IMG/VR virus record: IMGVR_UViG_3300026549_000046
Location: 1 to 64,000 of that record
DNA length: 64,000 nucleotides
Source: a virus
Lineage: Duplodnaviria; Caudoviricetes
Direction: 5' to 3' (one strand)
Positions within the stretch are counted from its first letter, which is position 1. Each line of letters starts with the position of its first letter. The notes under the pieces are model-generated. The model was not told where the DNA came from. It searched no databases and saw only the letters and a list, made by a program, of their open reading frames with translations. This document shows positions 18,315 through 28,433 of this stretch, piece by piece. Made by a program: the position numbers and the translations under genes.

Positions 18315-18545
18315 ATGAAACAACAATTAAATCCAATTAAAGATAATCGTATAGTAAGTTCTAAAACATTTGCTATTCGATTTAAGAATTTTATTGAAGA
18401 TGTTCAAGTACATGATGCTTGTTCTGAAGAAGAAAAAGAATATCTTTTAGATGTAGCAAATCAATTATTGAAGTATCAAATTCAAACAGCAACTGATGAA
18501 TCTGAAATTGATTATTTAAAAAGACTTAATTTATGGCAGCAATAG
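18315..18545 (+). CDS. Hypothetical protein
   Basis: 76 aa ORF ending in TAG, overlapping the next start. Confidence 0.65.
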   Translation: MKQQLNPIKDNRIVSSKTFAIRFKNFIEDVQVHDACSEEEKEYLLDVANQLLKYQIQTATDESEIDYLKRLNLWQQ

Positions 18546-19303
18546 ATAAAATCTATGTAAATACTTGGGAAGAGTATATACGGTTTAAAGAATGGTGTGA
18601 ACAACAACCTGCTCTCTTAGATAAGTATGGTAAATCTGTAAAAATATCAGAATATCTAATAACTGGATGGGATAAAGAGAATTGGGAGTGTCATCCAATA
18701 TTCAATGCTCCGTATTATGTGGATGCTTATGTAATTCGTAATTGTCCATTTGATTTTATTCAAAAAGAATTAATGGTTAATTATGGACACTGGAGTCAAG
18801 AACGTATTAAATCTTATTATGAAGATGTAAAAAATTGGAATAGTGAAGAAGAATGTCCTTATTGGGCAAAACTAGAAGATTTCATTACTCTTGAAGATGG
18901 TACAATGACTATTAAAGGTCTAGAAGAGTCTGATTATTCCAAAATTAAAAGAGGATATTTATATAGTTCTCCTTTAACAGATTGTCGTTATACTGTAGGA
19001 AAGCATTTTAAATGTACTAAACATCCTTCTCATATGTATAATACTCCTTATGGCTGTAAAAGTTGGTTTATCGATATTATTGTTCCAGATAAATTACCTT
19101 ATATGTGGTATCATAGGGAATATAATTCGTGGGATTTTGGTGATGAATTTGTCTATAGTGACTGGCATTCAAGTACAGCTCAATGTAAAACTATAAAAGC
19201 TTTAAAAAGACTTATGATTAAGTGGAAATTACCTATTGGAACAATAGTAAGAGCCACTGGAAGATATATTAACGATAATTATGAATTTATTATTAAAAAA
19301 TGA
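18533..19303 (+). CDS. Hypothetical protein
   Basis: 256 aa ORF. Confidence 0.85.
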   Translation: MAAIDKIYVNTWEEYIRFKEWCEQQPALLDKYGKSVKISEYLITGWDKENWECHPIFNAPYYVDAYVIRNCPFDFIQKELMVNYGHWSQERIKSYYEDVKNWNSEEECPYWAKLEDFITLEDGTMTIKGLEESDYSKIKRGYLYSSPLTDCRYTVGKHFKCTKHPSHMYNTPYGCKSWFIDIIVPDKLPYMWYHREYNSWDFGDEFVYSDWHSSTAQCKTIKALKRLMIKWKLPIGTIVRATGRYINDNYEFIIKK

Positions 19304-19457
19304 TTACTGGAAATGAACTTTTGAAAGATTTACAGGCTTTAAAAAAGAAAGCTGAATTTGTAGAAATTACTTATCCAGGAAATGAAATTTGGCCTGAGGT
19401 AAATTCTAAATTAAAAGAAGTCCTACAACTCATTAAATCCGATAAAAGAATATATCA

Positions 19458-19748
19458 ATGGTAAATAAAAGTTCTTGTATTGAAGTATTTAATGCTATGA
19501 TTAGAGGTACTCCTATTTCTTTTCAAGAAAAATTGCTTCCGATGGTTTCTGAATATTTAACAGAAATTAAATATGAAAAATTAGATAAAATAATAAATTT
19601 AATAGTACAGAATCCATCACTTGTGGAAAAATTTATTCCAGAAATGGAAGAATACTATTGTAAAAAATACAATATATTTAGGTTACAAGTTAAACCTAAT
19701 TTAAACAATATTAATTTTAATTTTAAAACAATTTTGTATTATGAATGA
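19458..19748 (+). CDS. Hypothetical protein
   Basis: Packed ORF. Confidence 0.7.
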   Translation: MVNKSSCIEVFNAMIRGTPISFQEKLLPMVSEYLTEIKYEKLDKIINLIVQNPSLVEKFIPEMEEYYCKKYNIFRLQVKPNLNNINFNFKTILYYE

Positions 19749-20196
19749 GGTAAGATTGCCAATTAAGACAACTAGAGAAGGTGATAAAATCACCAAAGAA
19801 TGTGTAGAAGATGTATATAAGATGCTTAATAGAATTATTGAGCCTATGGATAAGGCTTATAATAATTCTGTAGATATTATTGACTCAGTTCATAAAACTG
19901 TTGATGATTATGAAGGAGAACTTATTGTAGGAACAGGTGTTTCTCAGCCATGTATGAATGATAAGTTTGATGAAGAGGTGGGCAATAATATTGCTTTTAT
20001 GAAAGCTAAATTAAATGCTAATATTAAGAAGCATAATATTTTAGTTAGAATCTGGAATGAGTTTGATTATCTCATGATGTCTTTGGATAAAGATCTTTAT
20101 AAGATTGATAATATGATTAAATCAGATTTATCTGGAATAAGGAAATATAATAAGGAATACCTTAATAATATTGAAAATAAACTAGGTATAGAATGA
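19741..20196 (+). CDS. Hypothetical phage protein
   Basis: GTGVSQPCMNDKFDEEVGNNIA motif typical of small phage proteins. Confidence 0.8.
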   Translation: MNEVRLPIKTTREGDKITKECVEDVYKMLNRIIEPMDKAYNNSVDIIDSVHKTVDDYEGELIVGTGVSQPCMNDKFDEEVGNNIAFMKAKLNANIKKHNILVRIWNEFDYLMMSLDKDLYKIDNMIKSDLSGIRKYNKEYLNNIENKLGIE

Positions 20197-20302
20197 AGTA
20201 TAAAGCAAGACTAAAAAGATTGGAGGCGAGAATTCGTTTTTATGAGAGCCTTCCTAAATCTATTCAAGGAGCCTATACGAAGCCTGGAAGTAAGAATAAG
20301 TA

Positions 20303-20719
20303 ATGAATAGAAATAGATTATTTACTAATCTAAACAAATTATGTTTAGAATTAGATAATAGATATAATATAAATTGTGGAGGATGTTGTTATGTTGCAGC
20401 TTGTATTGCAGAGCAACTAGAGTTATATAATATTTCATTTAAAATAATTCATTATGATATATATCATTGTCATTATGCTATTAAAGTTTCCGATAGGTAT
20501 ATAAATAGAGATTACCATACTAAAAAAGAAATTTATGAAATATTAGACTGGAATTCTAATAAACTTTTTGAACGCTATTACAATGAAAGTTGGAACTTTT
20601 GCTATAAAACTAAACATAATAATGTTGTTCGCAATGAAATACAAAAGTTATTTTTAAATGAAAATCGTAGAACCAGACTTCATAATGGAACCGTCGTGTC
20701 CAGGAAGTCAAAAATATGA
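20303..20719 (+). CDS. Hypothetical protein
   Basis: INCGGCCYVA...H.A motif. Confidence 0.75.
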   Translation: MNRNRLFTNLNKLCLELDNRYNINCGGCCYVAACIAEQLELYNISFKIIHYDIYHCHYAIKVSDRYINRDYHTKKEIYEILDWNSNKLFERYYNESWNFCYKTKHNNVVRNEIQKLFLNENRRTRLHNGTVVSRKSKI

Positions 20720-20966
20720 CCTCACTTTTATGAAAAGAGTTAAAAAAAGAGATACGGGTAAGTTTGAAGTAGAACCTGGGCCTCCCCTATATGGGTTAAC
20801 TCTTTCTCATTGTTTAAATAAAATAATTCATCATAGGACTGCTAAAAAATTTGCTGATGAAAATGTTACTCTAAAAGAGTTCTTAAAAGAACTTCAAAAA
20901 AACTATGAAGAAATTGTAAAACTTTGTAGAGAAACACTTCCCGAAAAATTTGATACTGGAGAATGA
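20658..20966 (+). CDS. Hypothetical protein
   Basis: Packed ORF. Confidence 0.75.
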   Translation: MKIVEPDFIMEPSCPGSQKYDLTFMKRVKKRDTGKFEVEPGPPLYGLTLSHCLNKIIHHRTAKKFADENVTLKEFLKELQKNYEEIVKLCRETLPEKFDTGE

Positions 20967-21277
20967 AAAATTATATATGGATAATAATTGTATTTGTTAT
21001 ATTTATAGTATTTTATATAACTATAGCAGATTTTAGTCCGAAAGATGATGTTTTATTAAATAAAATAACTGAGCTAGAATTAAAAATAGATTCTTTAAAA
21101 AGTCAAAAAGATAGCATTAGGATTTCTATAGATTCTACTCATGTTAAAATTATAACAAATGAAAAACATTATAAGGAAATTGTCAATAGTGTTTTGTCTA
21201 AACCTGATTCCGTTGTGGATTTATGGTCAAAACAGTATATCGACGAATATAGAAAAAGACTCGTTAACGGACAGTAA
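20963..21277 (+). CDS. Membrane-anchored coiled-coil protein (spanin-like candidate)
   Basis: N-terminal TM helix plus coiled coil; overlaps the next gene by about 120 nt. Confidence 0.6.
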   Translation: MKNYIWIIIVFVIFIVFYITIADFSPKDDVLLNKITELELKIDSLKSQKDSIRISIDSTHVKIITNEKHYKEIVNSVLSKPDSVVDLWSKQYIDEYRKRLVNGQ

Positions 21278-21539
21278 AATAACTGCTTTAATATTTGCAG
21301 AACATCAGAAACTATCTGTAGAAAATTCTTTATTAAAAGAAGAAATAGCATCATTAAATGAATTAAATACTTTATTTGAAAAGTCTGATTCGATTCAAAA
21401 CGTAGAATTAAAGATTTATAAAGAAAAAGTTAATTCTGATGCTAAAAAAATTGAAAAATTAAAATCCTCTCAAAAGAAGACTATATTTGCTTCTTCTGTA
21501 GGAGGTATTATTTTATTTATTATAGGTTTAATTTTATGA
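21159..21539 (+). CDS. Coiled-coil protein with signal-like N-terminus and C-terminal TM helix (spanin-like partner candidate)
   Basis: Hydrophobic N-terminal stretch, heptad-rich middle, C-terminal VGGIILFIIGLIL. Confidence 0.6.
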   Translation: MKNIIRKLSIVFCLNLIPLWIYGQNSISTNIEKDSLTDSKITALIFAEHQKLSVENSLLKEEIASLNELNTLFEKSDSIQNVELKIYKEKVNSDAKKIEKLKSSQKKTIFASSVGGIILFIIGLIL

Positions 21540-21838
21540 TACAATATAATATTTATTACGGAACAATTGGAAAGACTCTTGGTGAGAAATATCGTTTTAC
21601 AAAAGGTTTTAAAAATGAACAAGAAGCCATTAGAGTAGCTAAAAATGCAGCTACTTCTTTTTATTACAAAAACGAAGGAAAGTTTGGATTACCTTCTTTT
21701 ATTGATATTAATAAAGAGTTTGAATATACAGGAATTCCTATTGAAAAATTATATGAAGAACATATAGAAGATATGATGAGGTGGCATATAATTCCCACTG
21801 ATTTAGACACAATTCCAAGTAAAAAACTTAAATATTGA
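21536..21838 (+). CDS. Hypothetical protein
   Basis: Coupled ORF. Confidence 0.75.
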   Translation: MIQYNIYYGTIGKTLGEKYRFTKGFKNEQEAIRVAKNAATSFYYKNEGKFGLPSFIDINKEFEYTGIPIEKLYEEHIEDMMRWHIIPTDLDTIPSKKLKY

Positions 21839-22152
21839 ATACTTATGTTGTAAAATGTAAGCTTATTGCTTCTGAGTGTGATATTTTAGATTATCATAAC
21901 TTAGTGTTCAAAATATTAGAGAGTAACTGTCCATTTGGACATTCGTATGCATTAATAACAGTATTTCCAAATTGGGGAGCTAGAGTACCTGAAATAGGTG
22001 AAATTGGATATTTAATGTATGACGAGGTTATGGCTGGAGATACTTATTATAATAGAAATACAGATTCTATTATGAAATATAACTTTAGTAATTTTATATT
22101 TAAAAAATTTATTAAAGAAGCAGATAATTCTAAAAAAGATATTATAATATGA
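21835..22152 (+). CDS. Hypothetical protein
   Basis: TTG start overlapping the upstream TGA. Confidence 0.7.
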   Translation: MNTYVVKCKLIASECDILDYHNLVFKILESNCPFGHSYALITVFPNWGARVPEIGEIGYLMYDEVMAGDTYYNRNTDSIMKYNFSNFIFKKFIKEADNSKKDIII

Positions 22153-22162
22153 AAAAGATTTT

Positions 22163-23035
22163 ATGAATAATAATAATGTATTAGAAGCTGCTTATAAAAA
22201 AGCCTTAGAAAATAAGAAAAATGATTTTTCTTCTTTTGTTTGGAAGGGAGAAAAAAAGAAAGAAGGAGATAGATATGTTCAAGAAAATGAAAAAATTGTA
22301 GATATGTCTCCAGAAAGACTAAAGGCTTGTTATAATCATTGTAATAAGATGCTTTATAATGAAGATCCAAAACATTTAGGAAGATATAATGTTTTAGAAG
22401 AAGTAAATGAACAATCAAATAAATGTAATGTAGAACTTCTTTTAAGGTACTATGAAAATAGTTATATGCACAATGAAAACAGAGCAGATATTAAAAGAAG
22501 AAACCTTTGGATTAGTTTAAGACAACTTATGGCTAATAATCCAGAAGTAACTGATTGGTCTAAAGTGTCTATTACTCAAATTAGTACAGACCTTCCCTCC
22601 GAATTTAAAGATGTTAATATTGCAGATGTAATGGATGGATGTATCGATTATCTAGGAATTCTGGATAAAAAACATCTTACAATGACTTTCATTACAAAAA
22701 TGGGGTTATGGTTTACTAAATCTGAAGAAAATGAACTTAAGGGAACTTCTAATGCTGAAAGATTGAAAATAGCGAAAGAGAGACTTCATTTGCCCGAAAA
22801 ATTAAATTTAAGACTAAGTGAAAAGGGTCTTTCTTATCACGAAATGAGGGCTATTTTAGTTCTTCCTAAAAAGCAAAAATATTCAGATATGACTACTGAA
22901 CAATTAATTACTCTTAGAAATAAGGTATTACTCAGGTTTCAGAAAGAGGTTGATGGTCATATATTTTCTTGGAATAAACTTAAAAAGCAAATAGAACTAG
23001 TAGCTAAAAGTAAGAATATTAATTTAAATGGTTAA
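22163..23035 (+). CDS. Hypothetical protein upstream of the helicase
   Basis: 290 aa ORF. Confidence 0.85.
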   Translation: MNNNNVLEAAYKKALENKKNDFSSFVWKGEKKKEGDRYVQENEKIVDMSPERLKACYNHCNKMLYNEDPKHLGRYNVLEEVNEQSNKCNVELLLRYYENSYMHNENRADIKRRNLWISLRQLMANNPEVTDWSKVSITQISTDLPSEFKDVNIADVMDGCIDYLGILDKKHLTMTFITKMGLWFTKSEENELKGTSNAERLKIAKERLHLPEKLNLRLSEKGLSYHEMRAILVLPKKQKYSDMTTEQLITLRNKVLLRFQKEVDGHIFSWNKLKKQIELVAKSKNINLNG

Positions 23036-23040
23036 TAAAT

Positions 23041-24309
23041 ATGACTAGAACGGAACGACAACAAGAAGCTGTTAGAAAGTGGATTAAGAATAAAGGTAAA
23101 GGCAGTTGGGAGTTTCCCACTGCCTTTGGTTAACTAGGAAAAACATATACAGCAATAACAGCTATTAAAGCTGTCCGTAAAAAATATCCAAATTTAAGAG
23201 TTCTTGTTGTTGTTCCAACTATTACTCTTAAAGATCAATGGTATGAAGAATTAAATAAAAATGGATTATATTTCAATATAGAAGTACAGGTTATAAATAC
23301 TATAATCAAACATGAATGGACGTGTGATATGCTTGTTATTGACGAAATTCACTCTGCAGCAGCTGATACTCTAAAAGAAACCTTTAACTGTGTAAAATAC
23401 AAACTTATTTTAGGTCTTACTGCAACTTTTGAAAGATTGGATGGAAAACATATATTACTTGAAAAATATGCTCCAATTATAGATAAAGTATCTACTATAG
23501 AAGCTATTGCTAATGAATGGGTTTCTGAATTTAAAGAATATCAAGTTCTTATAGAAGTCGATGATATTGAAGAGTATAAATCGTTGCAAAAAGAATGGCT
23601 ACAACATTTTGAATTTTTCCAATTTTCGTTTGACACTGCTATGAAGATGTGTGGACCTGAAGGATGGAAAGCTAAATTAAAATATCGTGATGAACTTTAT
23701 AAAGGAAATGATGAATCAAAAAAGAAAAAAATTCTTCAAGATATAAATTACCATTCTGCTGGATTTATGAGAACTATGACTAAACGCAAAGCATTCATTA
23801 ATAATCATCCAAAGAAAATTGAAATTGCTAAAAAAATAATGGAAGCACGTTCTAATTCTAAAATTATAACATTTAGTAATAATGTTAAAATGGCAGAAGC
23901 ACTAGAGAATGGAGAATACGTCTATACTGGAAAAACTAGTAAAAAAAGAGCTTCAGATATGATTGAAAAATACCTTTCTGGACAAATAAAGCATCTTCAT
24001 TCGTGTAAGCGACTTATTGAAGGGTTTAATGATCCAAATACAAGTGTTGCAATAATACTTGGAATGGATAGTAGTGAAAGACGTGCTACTCAGACTCGTG
24101 GAAGAGTAATCCGTAAAACTTCTACTAATAAACAAGCTGAAATATTTAATATTGTAATAAGGTTTAGTCAAGAAGAGAAGTGGTACAAAGACTCTCATAA
24201 AAATAGCAATTATATTACCATTGATGAACAAGGATTAGAACAAGTATTAAGAGGAGAAACTCCTACTCCTTATAAACAAAAATTAGGAGAAATCATGTTT
24301 AGATTCTAA
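23041..24309 (+). CDS. SF2 (DEAH/ResIII-like) helicase; Walker A interrupted by an in-frame TAA within a 9-nt insert
   Basis: MTRTERQQEA...FPTAFG*LGKTYTA...VLVVVPT...LVIDEIH...GLTAT...QTRGRVIR, all in one frame. The only internal stop is TAA 23131-23133. The ORF track start at 23329 misses motifs Q, I and Ia. Confidence 0.85.
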
Positions 24310-24533
24310 CTATGATTATAGAAAGACAATTAGAGTTTTTAATACTTAAAAATATTTTAGAAGATTATGATAAAGGTTTAATTGATAGAAAAAGTTTAGA
24401 TAAAAATTATGATACTTCTAAAATGGAATATAGATATATAGAACTTGAAAGAGAGTTTTTAAATGATTATGCATTGAATAAAACAGAGAAATCTGATTAA
24501 CCCTTTAGCAGCTTAAATTTATAATTTAATGCT

Positions 24534-25124
24534 GTGCTTACATTAGAAAATGAATTATGTTTATTAGAAAAATATAAATTAACACCAACAGAGTTATTTA
24601 CAATAAGAGTAATTCTGTTAGCTAAAGAAGATGGAGAATACGAATGGTTGCAAAGATTCGCACAAATAGTAAAATTAAGAGAAATTTTAGAAAATCTTCA
24701 AGAGAAAGGAATAATCTTGAAGAGTTGGAAACTCCCGAAAGAAGGGAGTCAGTTGATAGTTGAGGACATACCATTTAATCAGAATTTTCAGAAACAGTAT
24801 TTTAGAGCTTCCTTTGAGATGGGAGAAGAACTGTTTAAAACATACCCTCAAAGTACCATAGTAAACGGTTCTTTGTATAATTTAAAGAGAGTATCAAAGC
24901 ATTTCGATAGTTTAGAACAGGCTTTCTTAAAATATTCTAAATACATAAAAAATAATCCAGAAACTCATCAACATATTATGGAACTTATTAAATGGGGAAT
25001 CGATAATGGATATAATTTCTCTACATTAGATTCTTTTATTATAGATAATAGTTGGTTAGCTATTGAAGCTATGAAAGAAGGAAATGGTATTAATGTTAAT
25101 ACTGAAGCAATTAAAATGATATGA
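24534..25124 (+). CDS. Putative replication initiator / helicase-loader-like protein
   Basis: wHTH-like N-terminus (ILENLQEKGII); position just before DnaB. Function is inferred. Confidence 0.55.
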   Translation: MLTLENELCLLEKYKLTPTELFTIRVILLAKEDGEYEWLQRFAQIVKLREILENLQEKGIILKSWKLPKEGSQLIVEDIPFNQNFQKQYFRASFEMGEELFKTYPQSTIVNGSLYNLKRVSKHFDSLEQAFLKYSKYIKNNPETHQHIMELIKWGIDNGYNFSTLDSFIIDNSWLAIEAMKEGNGINVNTEAIKMI

Positions 25125-25263
25125 AAAAATATTTAGTAAGATTTACCACTAAGGGTGGGGATTATGATAAAGAATGGTGTTATGCTAATTCTGAAGAAGA
25201 AGCTGCTGAAATAATCCTAGATGAACATTGGGATATTGAAAGCATCGATATGGTAAATGAATT

Positions 25264-26373
25264 ATGACAATAACTGAATCTCTCTTTAAAGAAATTGATT
25301 TAGGTAGAGAAGGTCGATTACAAGGATATTCTATGGGATTACCTAAAACTGAATCTATAATGGATGGGGTAACTCGTAGAACTATGACTGTCTTGGCTAG
25401 TGGTACTGGACAAGGTAAGAGTTCATTTATTTTGTACTCTTATGTTTATCGCCCTCTTATGGAACACTTAGATGATGATAATTTTTATGTATCATATTTT
25501 TCTTTAGAGATGCCGGCTACTGTAGTATTTGGAAAATTACTTTCTACTTATATATTTGAAAAATATCATAAAAGACTTTCTATAACTGAAATTCTTTCTA
25601 GAAAGAAGGGATATATTCTTAATGATGAAAATTATGAATTAGTTAAAGATTGTACTGACTGGTTAAATAAAATAGAAAGTAAAATTCATGTTTATGATAA
25701 ATCTTTAAATGCCGATAAACTTTATGCTATTTTAATGCAGAAATTAGAGCAATTCGGAGAATTTGAAGAGACTGAAAATCGTAAAATATATAAACCAAAA
25801 AATCCAGATTTACTCTATGAAGTAGTAATAGACCATGTTGGTCTTTTAAGACCTTCTAATGGTCGTAATAAAAAAGGAGAAATAGATACAACTGTTTCAT
25901 ATTTAGTTACACTCAGAAATATGTGTAATATATCTCCAACTTTAATTCAGCAAATTAATAGAGAGCAAAGTAATATTGAAAGATTTAAAGCTGGAAGAAC
26001 TGGAATTCAACTTTCTGATTTAAAAGAAACTGGAGATACTACTGATGCTGCAGAAGTTGTTATAGCTTTGTATGGCCCAAATAGAGATAAGCTTAATACT
26101 TATAGAGGGTATGATGTTAAAAAATTAGGAGACCATATAAGAATAATTCAGATACTTAAAACAAGATTTGGTAGTGCTGATATTGAAATAGCTGTAAACT
26201 ATCATGGGGATATAAATGAGTGGAAAGAACTACCATTGCCTAATGATATTTATGATTATGATAAATATGTAACACCTGACTATATATTAGAAAAGGAAGA
26301 TGAAGAAAAACACGAAGTAGATAATTGTGAAGATTCAAAAGAATCTAAAAATACTTTTAAATTAATTATTTAA
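25264..26373 (+). CDS. dnaB: DnaB-like replicative helicase
   Basis: SGTGQGKS, YFSLEM, VIDHVGLL, QQINRE, DLKETG, KTRFG. Confidence 0.92.
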   Translation: MTITESLFKEIDLGREGRLQGYSMGLPKTESIMDGVTRRTMTVLASGTGQGKSSFILYSYVYRPLMEHLDDDNFYVSYFSLEMPATVVFGKLLSTYIFEKYHKRLSITEILSRKKGYILNDENYELVKDCTDWLNKIESKIHVYDKSLNADKLYAILMQKLEQFGEFEETENRKIYKPKNPDLLYEVVIDHVGLLRPSNGRNKKGEIDTTVSYLVTLRNMCNISPTLIQQINREQSNIERFKAGRTGIQLSDLKETGDTTDAAEVVIALYGPNRDKLNTYRGYDVKKLGDHIRIIQILKTRFGSADIEIAVNYHGDINEWKELPLPNDIYDYDKYVTPDYILEKEDEEKHEVDNCEDSKESKNTFKLII

Positions 26374-27071
26374 TGTCTAACATCATAGGATTGGTAGGAC
26401 TTTCAAATAGTGGAAAGAGTACTTCTTTGAAGTATCTTAATCCAGAAGAAACTTTTATTATTAGTTGTACTAATAAACAGCTTCAAATTCCAGGATTTAG
26501 AAAGAAATATCCAAAAATTTCTGTAGATAATGGAAAATTGTATGGTAATTGGCTTGTGAGTAATAATTATGAACAAATTACTAAGATTATGAAAGTTGTT
26601 TCTAAGACTAGGCCAGAAATAAAAGTGATTTGTTTGGATGATTGTAATTATTTACTTAGTAACGAGACTTTTCAAAATGCTTTAGTAAAAGGTTATGAAA
26701 AGTTTAGTGTTATGAGTAAAAATTATTATGATTTGATTCAAACTTGTCAAGATCTTAGAGACGATTTAACAGTAGTATTCATTTCACATATAGAAAACTT
26801 TGGTACTGATATTGATCCCGAGTATCGTATGTGGACTACTGGCAAAATGTTAACTAATCAAATAAATCTTGATGGACTTTTCTCTTATATTATATATGCA
26901 GAACGTTATATAGATGATAATGGAGATGAAGTTAAATATAGGTTTAAAACACGTACTGATGGAAATGATACTTGTCGTTCTGTAGCGGGTTGTTTTGAGG
27001 ATAAATATATTGAGCCAAATATGAAATTGGTAATAGATACTATTAATGAATTTGAAAATGGAGAAGAATAA
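26373..27071 (+). CDS. AAA-domain ATPase (AAA_24/Sak4-like)
   Basis: GLSNSGKST, ICLDD, FISH, TTGKML. Confidence 0.85.
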   Translation: MSNIIGLVGLSNSGKSTSLKYLNPEETFIISCTNKQLQIPGFRKKYPKISVDNGKLYGNWLVSNNYEQITKIMKVVSKTRPEIKVICLDDCNYLLSNETFQNALVKGYEKFSVMSKNYYDLIQTCQDLRDDLTVVFISHIENFGTDIDPEYRMWTTGKMLTNQINLDGLFSYIIYAERYIDDNGDEVKYRFKTRTDGNDTCRSVAGCFEDKYIEPNMKLVIDTINEFENGEE

Positions 27072-27628
27072 TGTTAGAAATTCAATCATCTAAAATTGTT
27101 TTAACTCTTGTCGATACTGAAACAGGAGAGTTATTTACAAAGGAAGCAACCTTTGGAGATTTTAAAGAAGTAACTAAGAAAGCTACTACAACTCGTTCAA
27201 AGAAACCAAAGGATGACGATCCTATTGCCAAAATTACTCTTCTTGAAGGTAAATGGCAAATGAATCATGCTTGTGTAGAACTTACAGGTTTTGAGCCAGA
27301 ACAAAAGTTAGAAATTAAGTTTGAAAAACAAGGTAGAAAAGTAACTCCCGTTTTGTGTGAAGACGAGAAAAGTGGAAATAGGCTTACAAAGACATATACA
27401 GTAAGTTGTAGAGGTTCTAAACATGACAATCTTGCAGAATACGGAGATACGTTTGAAATAATTCCTTATGAGAATAAAGAAGGATATTTCAAGCTTAAAG
27501 GTAATGCTCCTGAGAAAGAAAGTGATTTAATAGAAGTTCCAGAAGAAATAACTGATCCAGATGAAGATGATTTGGATATGGATTCTTCTGATGAGGGAAC
27601 AGAAATAGATTTTGATTTAGACCTCTAA
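27071..27628 (+). CDS. Hypothetical protein with acidic C-terminal tail
   Basis: 185 aa; D/E-rich tail ending DFDLDL. Confidence 0.8.
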   Translation: MLEIQSSKIVLTLVDTETGELFTKEATFGDFKEVTKKATTTRSKKPKDDDPIAKITLLEGKWQMNHACVELTGFEPEQKLEIKFEKQGRKVTPVLCEDEKSGNRLTKTYTVSCRGSKHDNLAEYGDTFEIIPYENKEGYFKLKGNAPEKESDLIEVPEEITDPDEDDLDMDSSDEGTEIDFDLDL

Positions 27629-27718
27629 ACATATGTACTTATATTAGATAATTAGCATAATAGTAGATAGTTCAATAGTATTATACTATTTTAAAACATA
27701 TTAATGTGTTAATGTATT

Positions 27719-28414
27719 ATGAATTTTAATTTTAATTCTTTAGAGAATACCTCGTTTACTTCTACTGCTGGTCAGTATCTTCGTCCTTATGATATTTATA
27801 AAGTAAATCTTACTAAAATTGAAAAAACAGAGCTTAAAGGTTCTAAGGATCCAAATGTTACATATCCTATTGTAGCACTTGAATTTACAGGTTGTGGTGA
27901 TAATAAAGGAGTGTTCACTACTAATTTATTTATTCCTACATCCGACCAAGATATGGAACGTCCTACATTTAAGAATAAGGAGGGACATGAGTATCAAAGA
28001 CCTTCTCATTTTGAGAATTTTCAATTTACTTTAATGCAGATTGTTCATGCACTTAATCCAGCTGGAGAAGAGAAGATTAAAGCTAATGCTTCTAAGATTA
28101 AGAGTATTGACCAATTTATTGATTTGATTATTAAGGCACTTGTAGGTAAAGAAAAAGTAGAAACAGAACTTAAACTTGTAGGTCGTAATAACAATGGAAC
28201 AGTATATGCTGCACTTCCTGCTGCTTGTGGTCTTAATAAATCTGGAGAAGTATTTCCAGTAAATTTTATTGGAGATAATCTATTCTTTACTAATTATGAA
28301 CTTACTCAACAGAAGAATTATCAAAATGCTAAACCTACAAATATGAGTACTGTTGATAATAATCCAGATGAAAATAGTGGAGAAGACTTGAATTTAGATG
28401 ATATAGAACTTTAA
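27719..28414 (+). CDS. Putative single-stranded DNA-binding protein
   Basis: OB-fold-like N-terminus, acidic tail (EDLNLDDIEL), located between the ATPase and the primase. Confidence 0.65.
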   Translation: MNFNFNSLENTSFTSTAGQYLRPYDIYKVNLTKIEKTELKGSKDPNVTYPIVALEFTGCGDNKGVFTTNLFIPTSDQDMERPTFKNKEGHEYQRPSHFENFQFTLMQIVHALNPAGEEKIKANASKIKSIDQFIDLIIKALVGKEKVETELKLVGRNNNGTVYAALPAACGLNKSGEVFPVNFIGDNLFFTNYELTQQKNYQNAKPTNMSTVDNNPDENSGEDLNLDDIEL

Positions 28415-28433
28415 TAAATAAATATAGACTCTT

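Noticed and set aside
23128-23139. Functional cis-acting group I intron in the helicase
   Set aside because: Nine nucleotides cannot form a ribozyme core, and no U|...G| excision restores the frame.
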